Below, piece by piece: positions 38,403 to 47,096 of a DNA stretch of 64,000 bases. Position numbers and translations under genes: made by a program. Source of the stretch: Oligoflexales bacterium (GTDB lineage: Bacteria; Bdellovibrionota_B; Oligoflexia; Oligoflexales; JAPPIL01); assembly GCA_965215515.1 (NCBI GenBank), contig OZ244057.1, positions 1,664,001 to 1,728,000 on the forward strand. The letters are read 5' to 3'. How positions within the stretch are numbered: position 1 is the stretch's first letter; the number at the start of each line of letters is the position of its first letter. The notes beneath the pieces are model-generated. The model saw only the letters and a list, made by a program, of their open reading frames with translations. It made no database searches and was not told the origin of the DNA.

Positions 38403-40052
38403 CTAACCCTCATAGTTTGCTTGAAAAGTAAACTCGATAATCTTGCCGTCCGTGCCTGGTTTGGCTTGCGAGCTCTTTTCCTTAACATCGGACAAGATTT
38501 GCACCTGCTTTAAGTTCTCCAGCGTCGTAGCCACAGCATCATAACCATTGGTTTCGCCTTTCAACATCAACCTCCCACCGCCACGATCGTTGGCATTAAA
38601 CTGATACAACGTGACATTCAATTCCAAATCCTTGGGCAGTTTTTCGCTTATCGCCTTCAATACCAACAACGAACCACTCATGGCATTAAGCTGCAAAAAA
38701 ATATCTGCCGATGCTGACATGCTTTGCAGCGAACCGCTGAATTTTTTTTTAGCATCACGCTGCAAGCGCTCAAAAGCCACGCTCTTGTTGCGGTACTTCT
38801 TCTTTAAGTCAGGAAAGGCGGTGACAAGCTCTTTCTGATAACGATCCTTAATACGGTCGATCTGCTGATTGTAGAAAAAATACTTCACCCCATAACTGGC
38901 ACACAAAACAACCAAAGCCAGTGCCATCACCTTGAAAATATTGCTGGTATACCTTAACACCGACTCGTAGTCCTGCACAAAAGCAAACTCCCCCCGACGC
39001 AAGTTGATCTGTGTATGCCGTTTTACGGCCGTCACCGCCCGCATCCCGATCGATACACTCTGCGGCATGATAACCATGTGATCGTGTAGATGCGGACTGA
39101 TCTTAAGCTCTGTCTCATCGAGACGATTCATCTTTACTTCAAGCTCAAGCTGATCTTCAAGATAACGATTGAGATGGCGAGTGCGACTCGTACCACCCGA
39201 CAAATAAATAGTACTGACAGGATCTTCACTCGACGTTTTGAAAGCATAAAGCGTGCGACCGAGCTCCTTCACCAAAGTGTTAGCCGCCAAAGTAATCCGC
39301 TCGGCAATGGCATAGTCATCCTCACTCAAATCCTTACCCTGATCATCCTCGCAAAAAACCTGACTGACACGATGCTTGAACATCTGCGCTTGATTGAAAT
39401 CAACCTCCATATCACGTGCCAAAAACTCGGTGATGTACTTACCACCAAGATTGATGGCACGAAACATACGCAGAATACCCTTGTTGACAATACATACGGA
39501 AGTTTTCTCATGCCCTATATCAACTATCGCGGTAACCTTTTCAGTGTTGCCACAGATATAAGGGGCAAGATTATAGAAAGATAAACTGTCGATATCGATA
39601 AGCTTGGGATCGATCTCCAAACGTTGTAAGTGTTCAAGAAAACTCTTGAGAAAAGTTTTGCGCGTCATCGCTACCAACGCAATCGTTTTGCCCCCCACCT
39701 CACCCAAAATCTGATGATCGATAATCATCTCATCGAGATTGAACGGCACGAGATCCTCGATCTCAGCATAGATTGCAGTCTCGATTTTTTTGATATCAGA
39801 AAAATTAAACGACAAAATCCGACTGGAAATATACTGCCCAGGCATGGCCGTAACGATACGATCGGCTTCGAGATTGTTCTCCTTGAACAACTGCTCCATA
39901 CTGGCGGGAATGACAGCATCAGGCGGTACTTCATCAATCTGCGGGATGACATTTTCATAAAAATTAGCAATCTCATACGATTTAAAGGTGTTGACAATCT
40001 CCACCGCCTTCGCCGAATAACTGCCGATATCAAGACCTATTACGCGTTGCAT
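38403..40052 (-). CDS. gspL: GspL as a PilM (actin-like)-PilN-type fusion
   Basis: IGLDIGSYS.K, VDIGHEKT, YLSGGTS, INLRRGEFA, TM, periplasmic domain. Confidence 0.75.
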   Translation of the reverse strand: MQRVIGLDIGSYSAKAVEIVNTFKSYEIANFYENVIPQIDEVPPDAVIPASMEQLFKENNLEADRIVTAMPGQYISSRILSFNFSDIKKIETAIYAEIEDLVPFNLDEMIIDHQILGEVGGKTIALVAMTRKTFLKSFLEHLQRLEIDPKLIDIDSLSFYNLAPYICGNTEKVTAIVDIGHEKTSVCIVNKGILRMFRAINLGGKYITEFLARDMEVDFNQAQMFKHRVSQVFCEDDQGKDLSEDDYAIAERITLAANTLVKELGRTLYAFKTSSEDPVSTIYLSGGTSRTRHLNRYLEDQLELEVKMNRLDETELKISPHLHDHMVIMPQSVSIGMRAVTAVKRHTQINLRRGEFAFVQDYESVLRYTSNIFKVMALALVVLCASYGVKYFFYNQQIDRIKDRYQKELVTAFPDLKKKYRNKSVAFERLQRDAKKKFSGSLQSMSASADIFLQLNAMSGSLLVLKAISEKLPKDLELNVTLYQFNANDRGGGRLMLKGETNGYDAVATTLENLKQVQILSDVKEKSSQAKPGTDGKIIEFTFQANYEG

Positions 40053-40059
40053 ACTTGCC

Positions 40060-41295
40060 TCACGACATTTGCCAAAATAACAATTGATAGGAAGAAGGCG
40101 TACGCCCTTTCTCCTTTACCATGCCTCGCTTGATGACCGCCTGCAAGTTCTTCTCCTGAAAACCAGCCCTCCCTTTAACCTCAATGCGGTACACAGGAGA
40201 ACTCTCCGCAAACCAATCAGCCTTGTCGATCGCCCCCGTGCCTCCCACCGTCTTGGGCAAACACAACACATCACGTGCGACCTGCGCAATACTCTCCCCC
40301 AGAGGGGCTTTGCGTGCCCGCGCCTTGGCCACCACCAAATCAAAAGTCTCGCCACACTGCGTGCGTGACTCTGGCACGAGACAAGCAAGCAACTCACGAG
40401 ATACCGTATTGATGTTGATGCGAGCACGATCACTGGCATCACTGCCCGTTTTCTTAAAAGGATAAACCGTCAAATACGGCGAAAATACCGCATGCAAATC
40501 ATCGTCCCAAGCATCGATGAGCTTAAGCTCAGCCAACGTATCGAACTGCGAATTTTTGGTCTTATAAGGCGGATCGAGACGCTGATAAGGATCGGACTCA
40601 TCACTCAAACCCGACTTGGGATCAGCACGGTTGTCACGATCTACCCAATCTTTGATCTTGGCAATCAATGCCTCGGCATTAACATTCTTGGTATCAAGAT
40701 ACGCCCTCTCAAGGGGACAATTGAACAACGCACTGAGCATAGCACGCATCTGCTTGCACTGTGTCGTCGCCCCACCCGCAGCACAGTAATTGATGTTGAT
40801 CTTCGCCGCCTCGTCGCTGATCTTAAGCGTAAATTCTCCCTGAAACAACCGCAACTGCGCCATAACATCGCGATCAGAAATGGCGTTGAGATTGAACATC
40901 TCCTGCATAGAAGCCATCATCTCCACCGTCTCCGCCCCGATAGGAACACCATTGACCATCGCCCAAATGTCGCCCAAACCATCCTGCGGAGGAGTCTTCA
41001 TCTGCGACTGCTTGAACAAATCAATCCCATAATCAATAGACAACAGAAACAAAGCCAGATTATACCCCGACTTGCCCAAATACTCGGCAACGATATTATC
41101 CCGTGCTGCGGAAACCAACTCCAAATTAACCTGCGCACTGACAATCATGTCAGCAGTGAAAACCATCATCAAAGAAATTATCATCACCGCCACAATGATA
41201 GCTACCCCACGGCGACGCTGGCGCACCGTCGGCATCGCCTTGTCCGCGGCGATGGGAAACCCCCAATATGTCCGCGGCATACGCCTCAATACCAT
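40060..41295 (-). CDS. gspK: Minor pseudopilin GspK
   Basis: RRG|VAIIVAV, I.DE.AKININ, IKDWVD.D, ININT. Confidence 0.88.
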   Translation of the reverse strand: MVLRRMPRTYWGFPIAADKAMPTVRQRRRGVAIIVAVMIISLMMVFTADMIVSAQVNLELVSAARDNIVAEYLGKSGYNLALFLLSIDYGIDLFKQSQMKTPPQDGLGDIWAMVNGVPIGAETVEMMASMQEMFNLNAISDRDVMAQLRLFQGEFTLKISDEAAKININYCAAGGATTQCKQMRAMLSALFNCPLERAYLDTKNVNAEALIAKIKDWVDRDNRADPKSGLSDESDPYQRLDPPYKTKNSQFDTLAELKLIDAWDDDLHAVFSPYLTVYPFKKTGSDASDRARININTVSRELLACLVPESRTQCGETFDLVVAKARARKAPLGESIAQVARDVLCLPKTVGGTGAIDKADWFAESSPVYRIEVKGRAGFQEKNLQAVIKRGMVKEKGRTPSSYQLLFWQMS

Positions 41296-42008
41296 CGTAA
41301 CGGCACTCCCCCGCTCTTCACCTGCGCAAAGTTAATAGCAAAATGATTGAACACCGCCGTCTTCAAACTAACAGTAGCGGCCTCCTCCCAGCGAGCACCG
41401 TCCTCCTCTAACGCAACCGACTCATAGGCCTCTAACTCAACACGCACCATGTGCGGCAACTTGTTGCGCTGCTCACCCCGATTGCTGTGCCAACGCTCCT
41501 CCAACCAACGCGCACCATTCCAAGGCACAATCTTCAGCGACTTGACCGCACGCGCCAACACTACCGTCTCCACCTCAGCCCGAAAACTCTCTGGCACACG
41601 TACCGTCTCCCCACGAAACAAGTGCGTCGGCTCCTGACCATCCTCGTCCTTGCGCACCTCATAAATAACATACGTCATGTTCGACTCCTTGCTGTGCACC
41701 TTCTTCGGACGATGCGTGCCCGTGGTTAAGAATAATCGATCGTTGCCAGCGTGTTTTTCAATTCTAAAAATTGCTTTTGTACGTCTGTCAAAATCTGTTC
41801 TGCTGACCATGAAGGCATGGGCAAGATCACGGGAAATTTTTTCCATCGCGACTTGCAAACGATGGTTGACGTTGCCCGCTGTGGACACGCCTTCCTTGAC
41901 TGCACTGGAATTTTTCAGCAGCATGGCAACCCCGCTCATCAGAGAGGCGAGAATCGCCAGCGAGAGAATAACCTCCAGCAGGGTAAAGGCACGGACGTGT
42001 GGTGACAT
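41286..42008 (-). CDS. gspJ: Minor pseudopilin GspJ
   Basis: ATG 42008 after SD AAGGAGG; RA|FTLLEVILSLAIL; C-terminal W...LP.MVRVEL. Confidence 0.8.
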   Translation of the reverse strand: MSPHVRAFTLLEVILSLAILASLMSGVAMLLKNSSAVKEGVSTAGNVNHRLQVAMEKISRDLAHAFMVSRTDFDRRTKAIFRIEKHAGNDRLFLTTGTHRPKKVHSKESNMTYVIYEVRKDEDGQEPTHLFRGETVRVPESFRAEVETVVLARAVKSLKIVPWNGARWLEERWHSNRGEQRNKLPHMVRVELEAYESVALEEDGARWEEAATVSLKTAVFNHFAINFAQVKSGGVPLRWY

Positions 42009-42009
42009 G

Positions 42010-42651
42010 TCAGTTCCCTCCTCCTTGTTGGTGCGGCGGGGCTGTGCCTTTGCCTTTGCGCTTGCGAGGTGCTTTTTTCTTCTTACTCGGTTTGGTTTGG
42101 GTAGCTTGCTGGGCGGCGTGCATGGTCGCGATGGTGGCATCGATTTTTTGTTGATTGGTCAATAGCATGGTCAGAGTGGTACTTTCTTTCACCGCCCCTT
42201 CACCCCAGAAAACTTCGACGTGGGCAATTTTGAGCAGATGTTCACCGAAAATCTGCTCGACCTGCTGTTTGACCATCGCCGCGGTGGGGTCGGGCTGGTC
42301 ATCGTCGCTGCCACCACCTGCGATCATGTTTACCAAGGGTAGCTTCCATTCCCGAATAGTGAGATTATAGCTGAAACCCTCCTCGTCCTCGAAAGGTTTC
42401 TCGGTGACGGCCACGCCTTCGAGTTCTTTTAGTTCCTTGTTATACCAGTAGTACTCGACTTGCGCCATCATGCGGCGAGCCAGCCACATGCCTTTGGTTA
42501 AATTTTGTCCATAATCGGAAAAGTATAGTGCCTGTCCTTGCACAGTCGCGACTTGCAAAATTAACACCGTCAGCAGACCGAGGGCGACCATCGTTTCGAT
42601 CAACGTGAAACTGTGCTGTGCTGCTCTGTGTTTAGCTTTCCGTCTCAACAA
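42010..42651 (-). CDS. gspI: Minor pseudopilin GspI
   Basis: HS|FTLIETMVALGLL; position between H and J; start uncertain (TTG ~42651). Confidence 0.72.
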   Translation of the reverse strand: MLRRKAKHRAAQHSFTLIETMVALGLLTVLILQVATVQGQALYFSDYGQNLTKGMWLARRMMAQVEYYWYNKELKELEGVAVTEKPFEDEEGFSYNLTIREWKLPLVNMIAGGGSDDDQPDPTAAMVKQQVEQIFGEHLLKIAHVEVFWGEGAVKESTTLTMLLTNQQKIDATIATMHAAQQATQTKPSKKKKAPRKRKGKGTAPPHQQGGGN

Positions 42652-43381
42652 ATTCTTCTCGTCCTGAAATAACTTCCGCAGTCCCTTCGTAGGGATTGGT
42701 GCGCAGGGTGTAGGGTGGTACACTGCGATCGACGGTGGTTTCATCCTGCATGACTGCTATCTGGATTACCGCGGCTTCGACATAACCGTCGGGGAAAAAA
42801 TACAAAAACGCCTGCACAGTGCTTTCATCGCTATCTTCGTTGCTTTGCTTGCGCACGTGGTGCTCAGCTTGCATAGCTTGCACGGAAAGCAAAGGTGACA
42901 GAGTGCGCTTTTGCCATTCGAGGTTCTTGACCATCGTCCATTGTGCGCGTTGCAAGCGTTTTTTGCTGGCAATCAAGGGGGTGATAAGCACGATTTCTTT
43001 TTCTTCTTCCCGATCGAACAGGGGGTTCGCCAACATATCTTCGTAGTTTTTAAAATCTTCCTCAAAGGCAAGCCGCTCCTCTTCCTCCTCCTCTTTGCTT
43101 AAATCACGCGCCAGCCCTTCGACACCCAAATAGACATCGCTACGGTCGGCAACCTCAAGCCAATAATCGCCTCCGCCGACCTCGAACACCAGACGATGCA
43201 CTTTGCCTGTCAGCACCGCGACATCCCACGCACTGCGGATATCGACGGCCAGTCGGTTCAAGGTGCTGGAAATTTCCAAACCGCTAAAAATTCTAAACTG
43301 CGGCAAAGCAAAGGTATACACACCCGCAATTAAAGCGACGACGATGATGATCTCCAGCAGGGTGAAGCCGCGTTCAGGCAT
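42632..43381 (-). CDS. gspH: Minor pseudopilin GspH
   Basis: MPERG|FTLLEIIIVV; YFFPDG motif. Confidence 0.78.
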   Translation of the reverse strand: MPERGFTLLEIIIVVALIAGVYTFALPQFRIFSGLEISSTLNRLAVDIRSAWDVAVLTGKVHRLVFEVGGGDYWLEVADRSDVYLGVEGLARDLSKEEEEEERLAFEEDFKNYEDMLANPLFDREEEKEIVLITPLIASKKRLQRAQWTMVKNLEWQKRTLSPLLSVQAMQAEHHVRKQSNEDSDESTVQAFLYFFPDGYVEAAVIQIAVMQDETTVDRSVPPYTLRTNPYEGTAEVISGREEFVETES

Positions 43382-43856
43382 CGTCACCTTCGTCGCTGCT
43401 CGTCGCGTTTTCAGGCCAGACAATGTCATCGTCAGTGCCCATCTGAAAATCGGGGCCCGCCGACATTATCTTAACATTGCGACCATCGGATTCGTATTCG
43501 AACTCCGTGTCCCAAGGATCGAAAAGTTTTTTTTCGTTGTCGAGATAAGGGCCGCGCCAACGTTTATCGCCTGGGTTTTCGAGCAGCACCTGCAAGCCAA
43601 CATCGGTGGTGGGAAATTTTTTCATGTGTACCCGATACAGCTGTAAGGCCTGACGGATGTTGCCGATAGCCAACTTGGTCTGGTCGATCTTGGCGGTGTC
43701 GGCTTGTTGGGTAAGATTAGTGATGAGGTATACTCCTAAGGTGCCGAGCAGTGCGACGACGATGATAATTTCTAACAGCGTCATCCCTGCTTCTTTTTCG
43801 TGCCCCTCAGGGGCTGTCACGCGTTTGTTTTGGTTAGACAACTGTCTACTGGTCAT
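43374..43856 (-). CDS. gspG: Major pseudopilin GspG
   Basis: AG|MTLLEIIIVV, FPTT..GL..L, WRGPYL, DPW, SAGPD...GTDDDI. Confidence 0.92.
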   Translation of the reverse strand: MTSRQLSNQNKRVTAPEGHEKEAGMTLLEIIIVVALLGTLGVYLITNLTQQADTAKIDQTKLAIGNIRQALQLYRVHMKKFPTTDVGLQVLLENPGDKRWRGPYLDNEKKLFDPWDTEFEYESDGRNVKIMSAGPDFQMGTDDDIVWPENATSSDEGDDA

Positions 43857-43874
43857 AACTGCAAATCTCCTTAG

Positions 43875-45092
43875 TTAGCGCACGGAACTCATTACAGACA
43901 GCATCGGCACCAGCAGGGCAACGATCACCACGCTGGCCACGCATGCCATGACAATTATCATCATCGGTTCGATCAACGAGATCATCGACTCGATTTTGCG
44001 TTCAACCTCTGTATCGTATGCTTTAGCGACGTGTGTCAACATGCCTTCGAGGTCGCCTGTTTTTTCTCCGGTGCGGATCATGTGGGTGACGAGCGGCGGA
44101 AAGCGGTTACTGCGGGCAACGCAGTCACCGAGGCTGTCGCCCTCTTGCACGGAAGTTTTGGCATCGTCGAGCACACCTGCAATAATGGTGTTGGAGATGG
44201 TATTCTTGGTAATCTCCAGTGCCGAGATGATCGGCACGCCAGAGTTGAGTAGGGTGGAGAGTGTTTTGGTAAATTTGGAGACGTTGATCCTGACGATCAA
44301 CGAACCGAAGATAGGGAAAGTCAGTGCCCACAGATCAACCCTGCGCCCGCCTTTCTCTGAACTTGCCCATTTTTTGAGCACGAAAAACAGCACTACCGCC
44401 ACGATGATCAGCGGGAGCCAGCGTTCTTGCAAAAATTCCGAGAAGGCGATGAGCTTCTCCGTGTACCAGGGTAAGGTAACTTTGAGGCTGTTAAAGACTT
44501 TTTGCAGGCCTGGTACAACACTGATAAACAGGTAGGCGATGATAGCCAACGACGCGACAATCATGATCGCAGGATAGGACAAGGCACTGAAGACTTTGCC
44601 TTTGATGGCGACTTGATACTCCTGATAGTCAGCCAGACGTTCGAGCACAAGACCGAGTTTGCCCGAAGTCTCCCCTGCCTGCACCATATTGATGTAGAGA
44701 CGATTGAAGGTACGGGGATAAGCGGACAGTGCTTCAGCGAGCGACTTGCCCTCGGAGATACTATCTTTTGCCGCGGACAAGGTGTTGCGCAGTTCGAGGT
44801 TATCGACTTGCGCAGTCAAAGCCGACAGGCACTCATCGAGAGGCACTTGGGCATTTTGCAGAGTCGCGAACTGCCTGGTCATGATAGACAGATCGAGCAG
44901 CGACACGCGTTTGGCAAACAGTGCGCCACGCGCTTTTTTGTTGTCGCTAACCGCCTCTTTGAGTTCGGAGATAATTATTTTGTCACGTTGGCGCAGACGG
45001 GAGCGTGCCGCACGGGGGGTGTCGGCATCGATCGTGCCTTTCTTTGCCGCACCCGTCAGTGCATCATAACCCTTGTAGGTGTACAGAACCAT
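43875..45092 (-). CDS. gspF: T2SS inner-membrane platform protein
   Basis: TRQFATL, AGETSGKL, ALSYP, GEKTGDL, SLIEP. Confidence 0.93.
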   Translation of the reverse strand: MVLYTYKGYDALTGAAKKGTIDADTPRAARSRLRQRDKIIISELKEAVSDNKKARGALFAKRVSLLDLSIMTRQFATLQNAQVPLDECLSALTAQVDNLELRNTLSAAKDSISEGKSLAEALSAYPRTFNRLYINMVQAGETSGKLGLVLERLADYQEYQVAIKGKVFSALSYPAIMIVASLAIIAYLFISVVPGLQKVFNSLKVTLPWYTEKLIAFSEFLQERWLPLIIVAVVLFFVLKKWASSEKGGRRVDLWALTFPIFGSLIVRINVSKFTKTLSTLLNSGVPIISALEITKNTISNTIIAGVLDDAKTSVQEGDSLGDCVARSNRFPPLVTHMIRTGEKTGDLEGMLTHVAKAYDTEVERKIESMISLIEPMMIIVMACVASVVIVALLVPMLSVMSSVR

Positions 45093-45230
45093 ATTTCTTG
45101 CTCTCTTCTCCCTTCTCCCCGAGAGAAGGAGGTGTATTTATTGCTACGCAAGGGGGGTTTTTTATGCCTACGACAGGGCGTTTCTCCCCCGCAAAAGTGT
45201 CCGCGGGCACGCCTGTGCTCTCCCCCCAAA

Positions 45231-47084
45231 CTAATCATCGCTCTGATCCGTTTGGGTGCGCTGAATAGCTTCATCAAGCGATGTTAGTCCCTCGATAGCT
45301 TTGAGCAGGGCTGATTCGCGCAAGGTTAACATGCCGTTTTCTAGGGCTACTTTTTTGATAATTTTTGCGTCTTGGTGTTCGATAATAGTTTGTCGCAGCG
45401 TATCGTCGATGACCAGCAGTTCGTGAATACCGAGACGGTCACGGTAACATTGGTTGAAACACTGCTCACAGCCAGAGCCTGCACGGTAGAGTTTGCGGCC
45501 ATCGACTCTGCTCGCGAGACGGCCGAGTGTTTGCAAGTCTTGTTTGGTCGGTGTGTAGGCTTCTCGACAGGATTGGCATAGTTTGCGTACCAGTCGGGTG
45601 GCCATGACACCGAGTAGGGCTGAGGTAATCTGGAACGGTTGAATGTTAAAATCCATCAGTCGGGTTACGGTAGCAGCCGCATCGTTAGTGTGCAGAGTAG
45701 AGAATACGAGGTGACCTGTCAGCGATGACTGCACCGCAATGTTGGCGGTCTCGGCATCACGTATCTCACCGATCATGATAACGTCTGGGTCTTGACGGAG
45801 AATTGAACGTAGCCCTTCGCTGAAGGTAAGACCTATCTTTTCTTTGACCTCCATCTGCCCGACACCCGCGAGCTGGTATTCGATAGGGTCTTCGATGGTG
45901 AGAATGTTGATGTCGGAAGTGTTGATGTGCATCATCGAAGCGTAAAGCAGGGTGGTTTTCCCCGAGCCTGTCGGCCCTGTCACCAGAATAATGCCGTGTT
46001 TTTTCTCGATCAACGCAGTCCACACCGAGTGCACATCGTCGGAGATGTTCATCTGCTTGAGACTCTTTGCTCCCGAAGACTTGTCGAGCAGACGCATGAC
46101 GATACGCTCGCCATAAGCGGTGGGAAGCACGGAGAGACGCACATCGATGTCTTTGCCCGCGACACGAATACTGATACGTCCGTCTTGGGGGACGCGTTTT
46201 TCAGCGATGTTGAGTTTGCCGATAATTTTGATGCGTGAAGCCAGCGGCCCCGCGTGGCGTTTGGGTACTTGCATTTTGTCCTGTAGTGCACCGTCGACGC
46301 GAAAACGCACGATGATGTCGTTTTCATACGGCTCTATGTGAATATCGGAAGCTCGTTCTTTGACGGCGCGGGCGAGCAAACCGTTGACGAGACGGATGAT
46401 GGGCTTTTCATCGTCGGATGATTCGAGCAGGTCGCGAGTTTGTTCAAGCGAATCATCTTCACCTCCTTCGGGAACGTTAAGTTCGTCGATAACTTTCTGT
46501 GACGCATCGTTGCAACGCTCATAGACACGGTTGATGCTGTTTTGAATGACGGTCGGCGAACAGACGATGAGGTTGATGTTGGTGGACAAAATCAAACGCA
46601 GATCATCGATGGGAAAGATATTGAGTGGATCGCTGACCGCAACACCGACGTTGAATTCATCGCGCGCGACAGGCAGGAGTTGATTGTCACGACAAAACTG
46701 AATGGGGATGTTTTCGACCAGCGACGGGTCGATGTCGTTGACGGGCAGACGGTCGTAGAAAGGTAGACTGAGCTGAAAGGCGAGCGAGCGCAGCATCTCC
46801 TCCTCAGACAAGTATTCTTTTTTAATAAGAATTTGACCGATTTTTTGGTGCTTGAAATCTACCTCTTGGCTTTTTAATGCCTCGCTGAGCTGCTCCTCGG
46901 TAATGGCAGTCGATTCGAGCAGAATCTCGCCGAGACTCTTGCGTTGAATTTTGCGAAACGGTGCGGTGGGCAAACTCCGCCACTTGGGAGGCCTCGCCGT
47001 GTCCGTGCCCGCAGGGGGAGCATGGCCCGTTTCCTCGGCGGGCGACAGCGCGGCTGAGGTTTTTTCACTTTCCGCGGTGGACAT
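45231..47084 (-). CDS. gspE: T2SS ATPase
   Basis: Full N-domain (LGEILLE...IGQILI), ASDIHIEP, GPTGSGKTT, LRQDPD, LCQSC...GCEQC. Confidence 0.95.
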   Translation of the reverse strand: MSTAESEKTSAALSPAEETGHAPPAGTDTARPPKWRSLPTAPFRKIQRKSLGEILLESTAITEEQLSEALKSQEVDFKHQKIGQILIKKEYLSEEEMLRSLAFQLSLPFYDRLPVNDIDPSLVENIPIQFCRDNQLLPVARDEFNVGVAVSDPLNIFPIDDLRLILSTNINLIVCSPTVIQNSINRVYERCNDASQKVIDELNVPEGGEDDSLEQTRDLLESSDDEKPIIRLVNGLLARAVKERASDIHIEPYENDIIVRFRVDGALQDKMQVPKRHAGPLASRIKIIGKLNIAEKRVPQDGRISIRVAGKDIDVRLSVLPTAYGERIVMRLLDKSSGAKSLKQMNISDDVHSVWTALIEKKHGIILVTGPTGSGKTTLLYASMMHINTSDINILTIEDPIEYQLAGVGQMEVKEKIGLTFSEGLRSILRQDPDVIMIGEIRDAETANIAVQSSLTGHLVFSTLHTNDAAATVTRLMDFNIQPFQITSALLGVMATRLVRKLCQSCREAYTPTKQDLQTLGRLASRVDGRKLYRAGSGCEQCFNQCYRDRLGIHELLVIDDTLRQTIIEHQDAKIIKKVALENGMLTLRESALLKAIEGLTSLDEAIQRTQTDQSDD

Positions 47085-47096
47085 CGTCTCTCCTCG

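Noticed and set aside
24470..41756. CAGC(G/A)TGTT motif near three apparent skew switch points (~24470, ~26652, ~41747)
   Set aside because: Too short and picked post hoc; not seen at the hemC switch; needs a genome-wide enrichment test
45093..45230. Riboswitch in the gspE-gspF intergenic region
   Set aside because: Only short hairpins (e.g. CCTTCTC...GAGAAGG); no recognisable aptamer consensus
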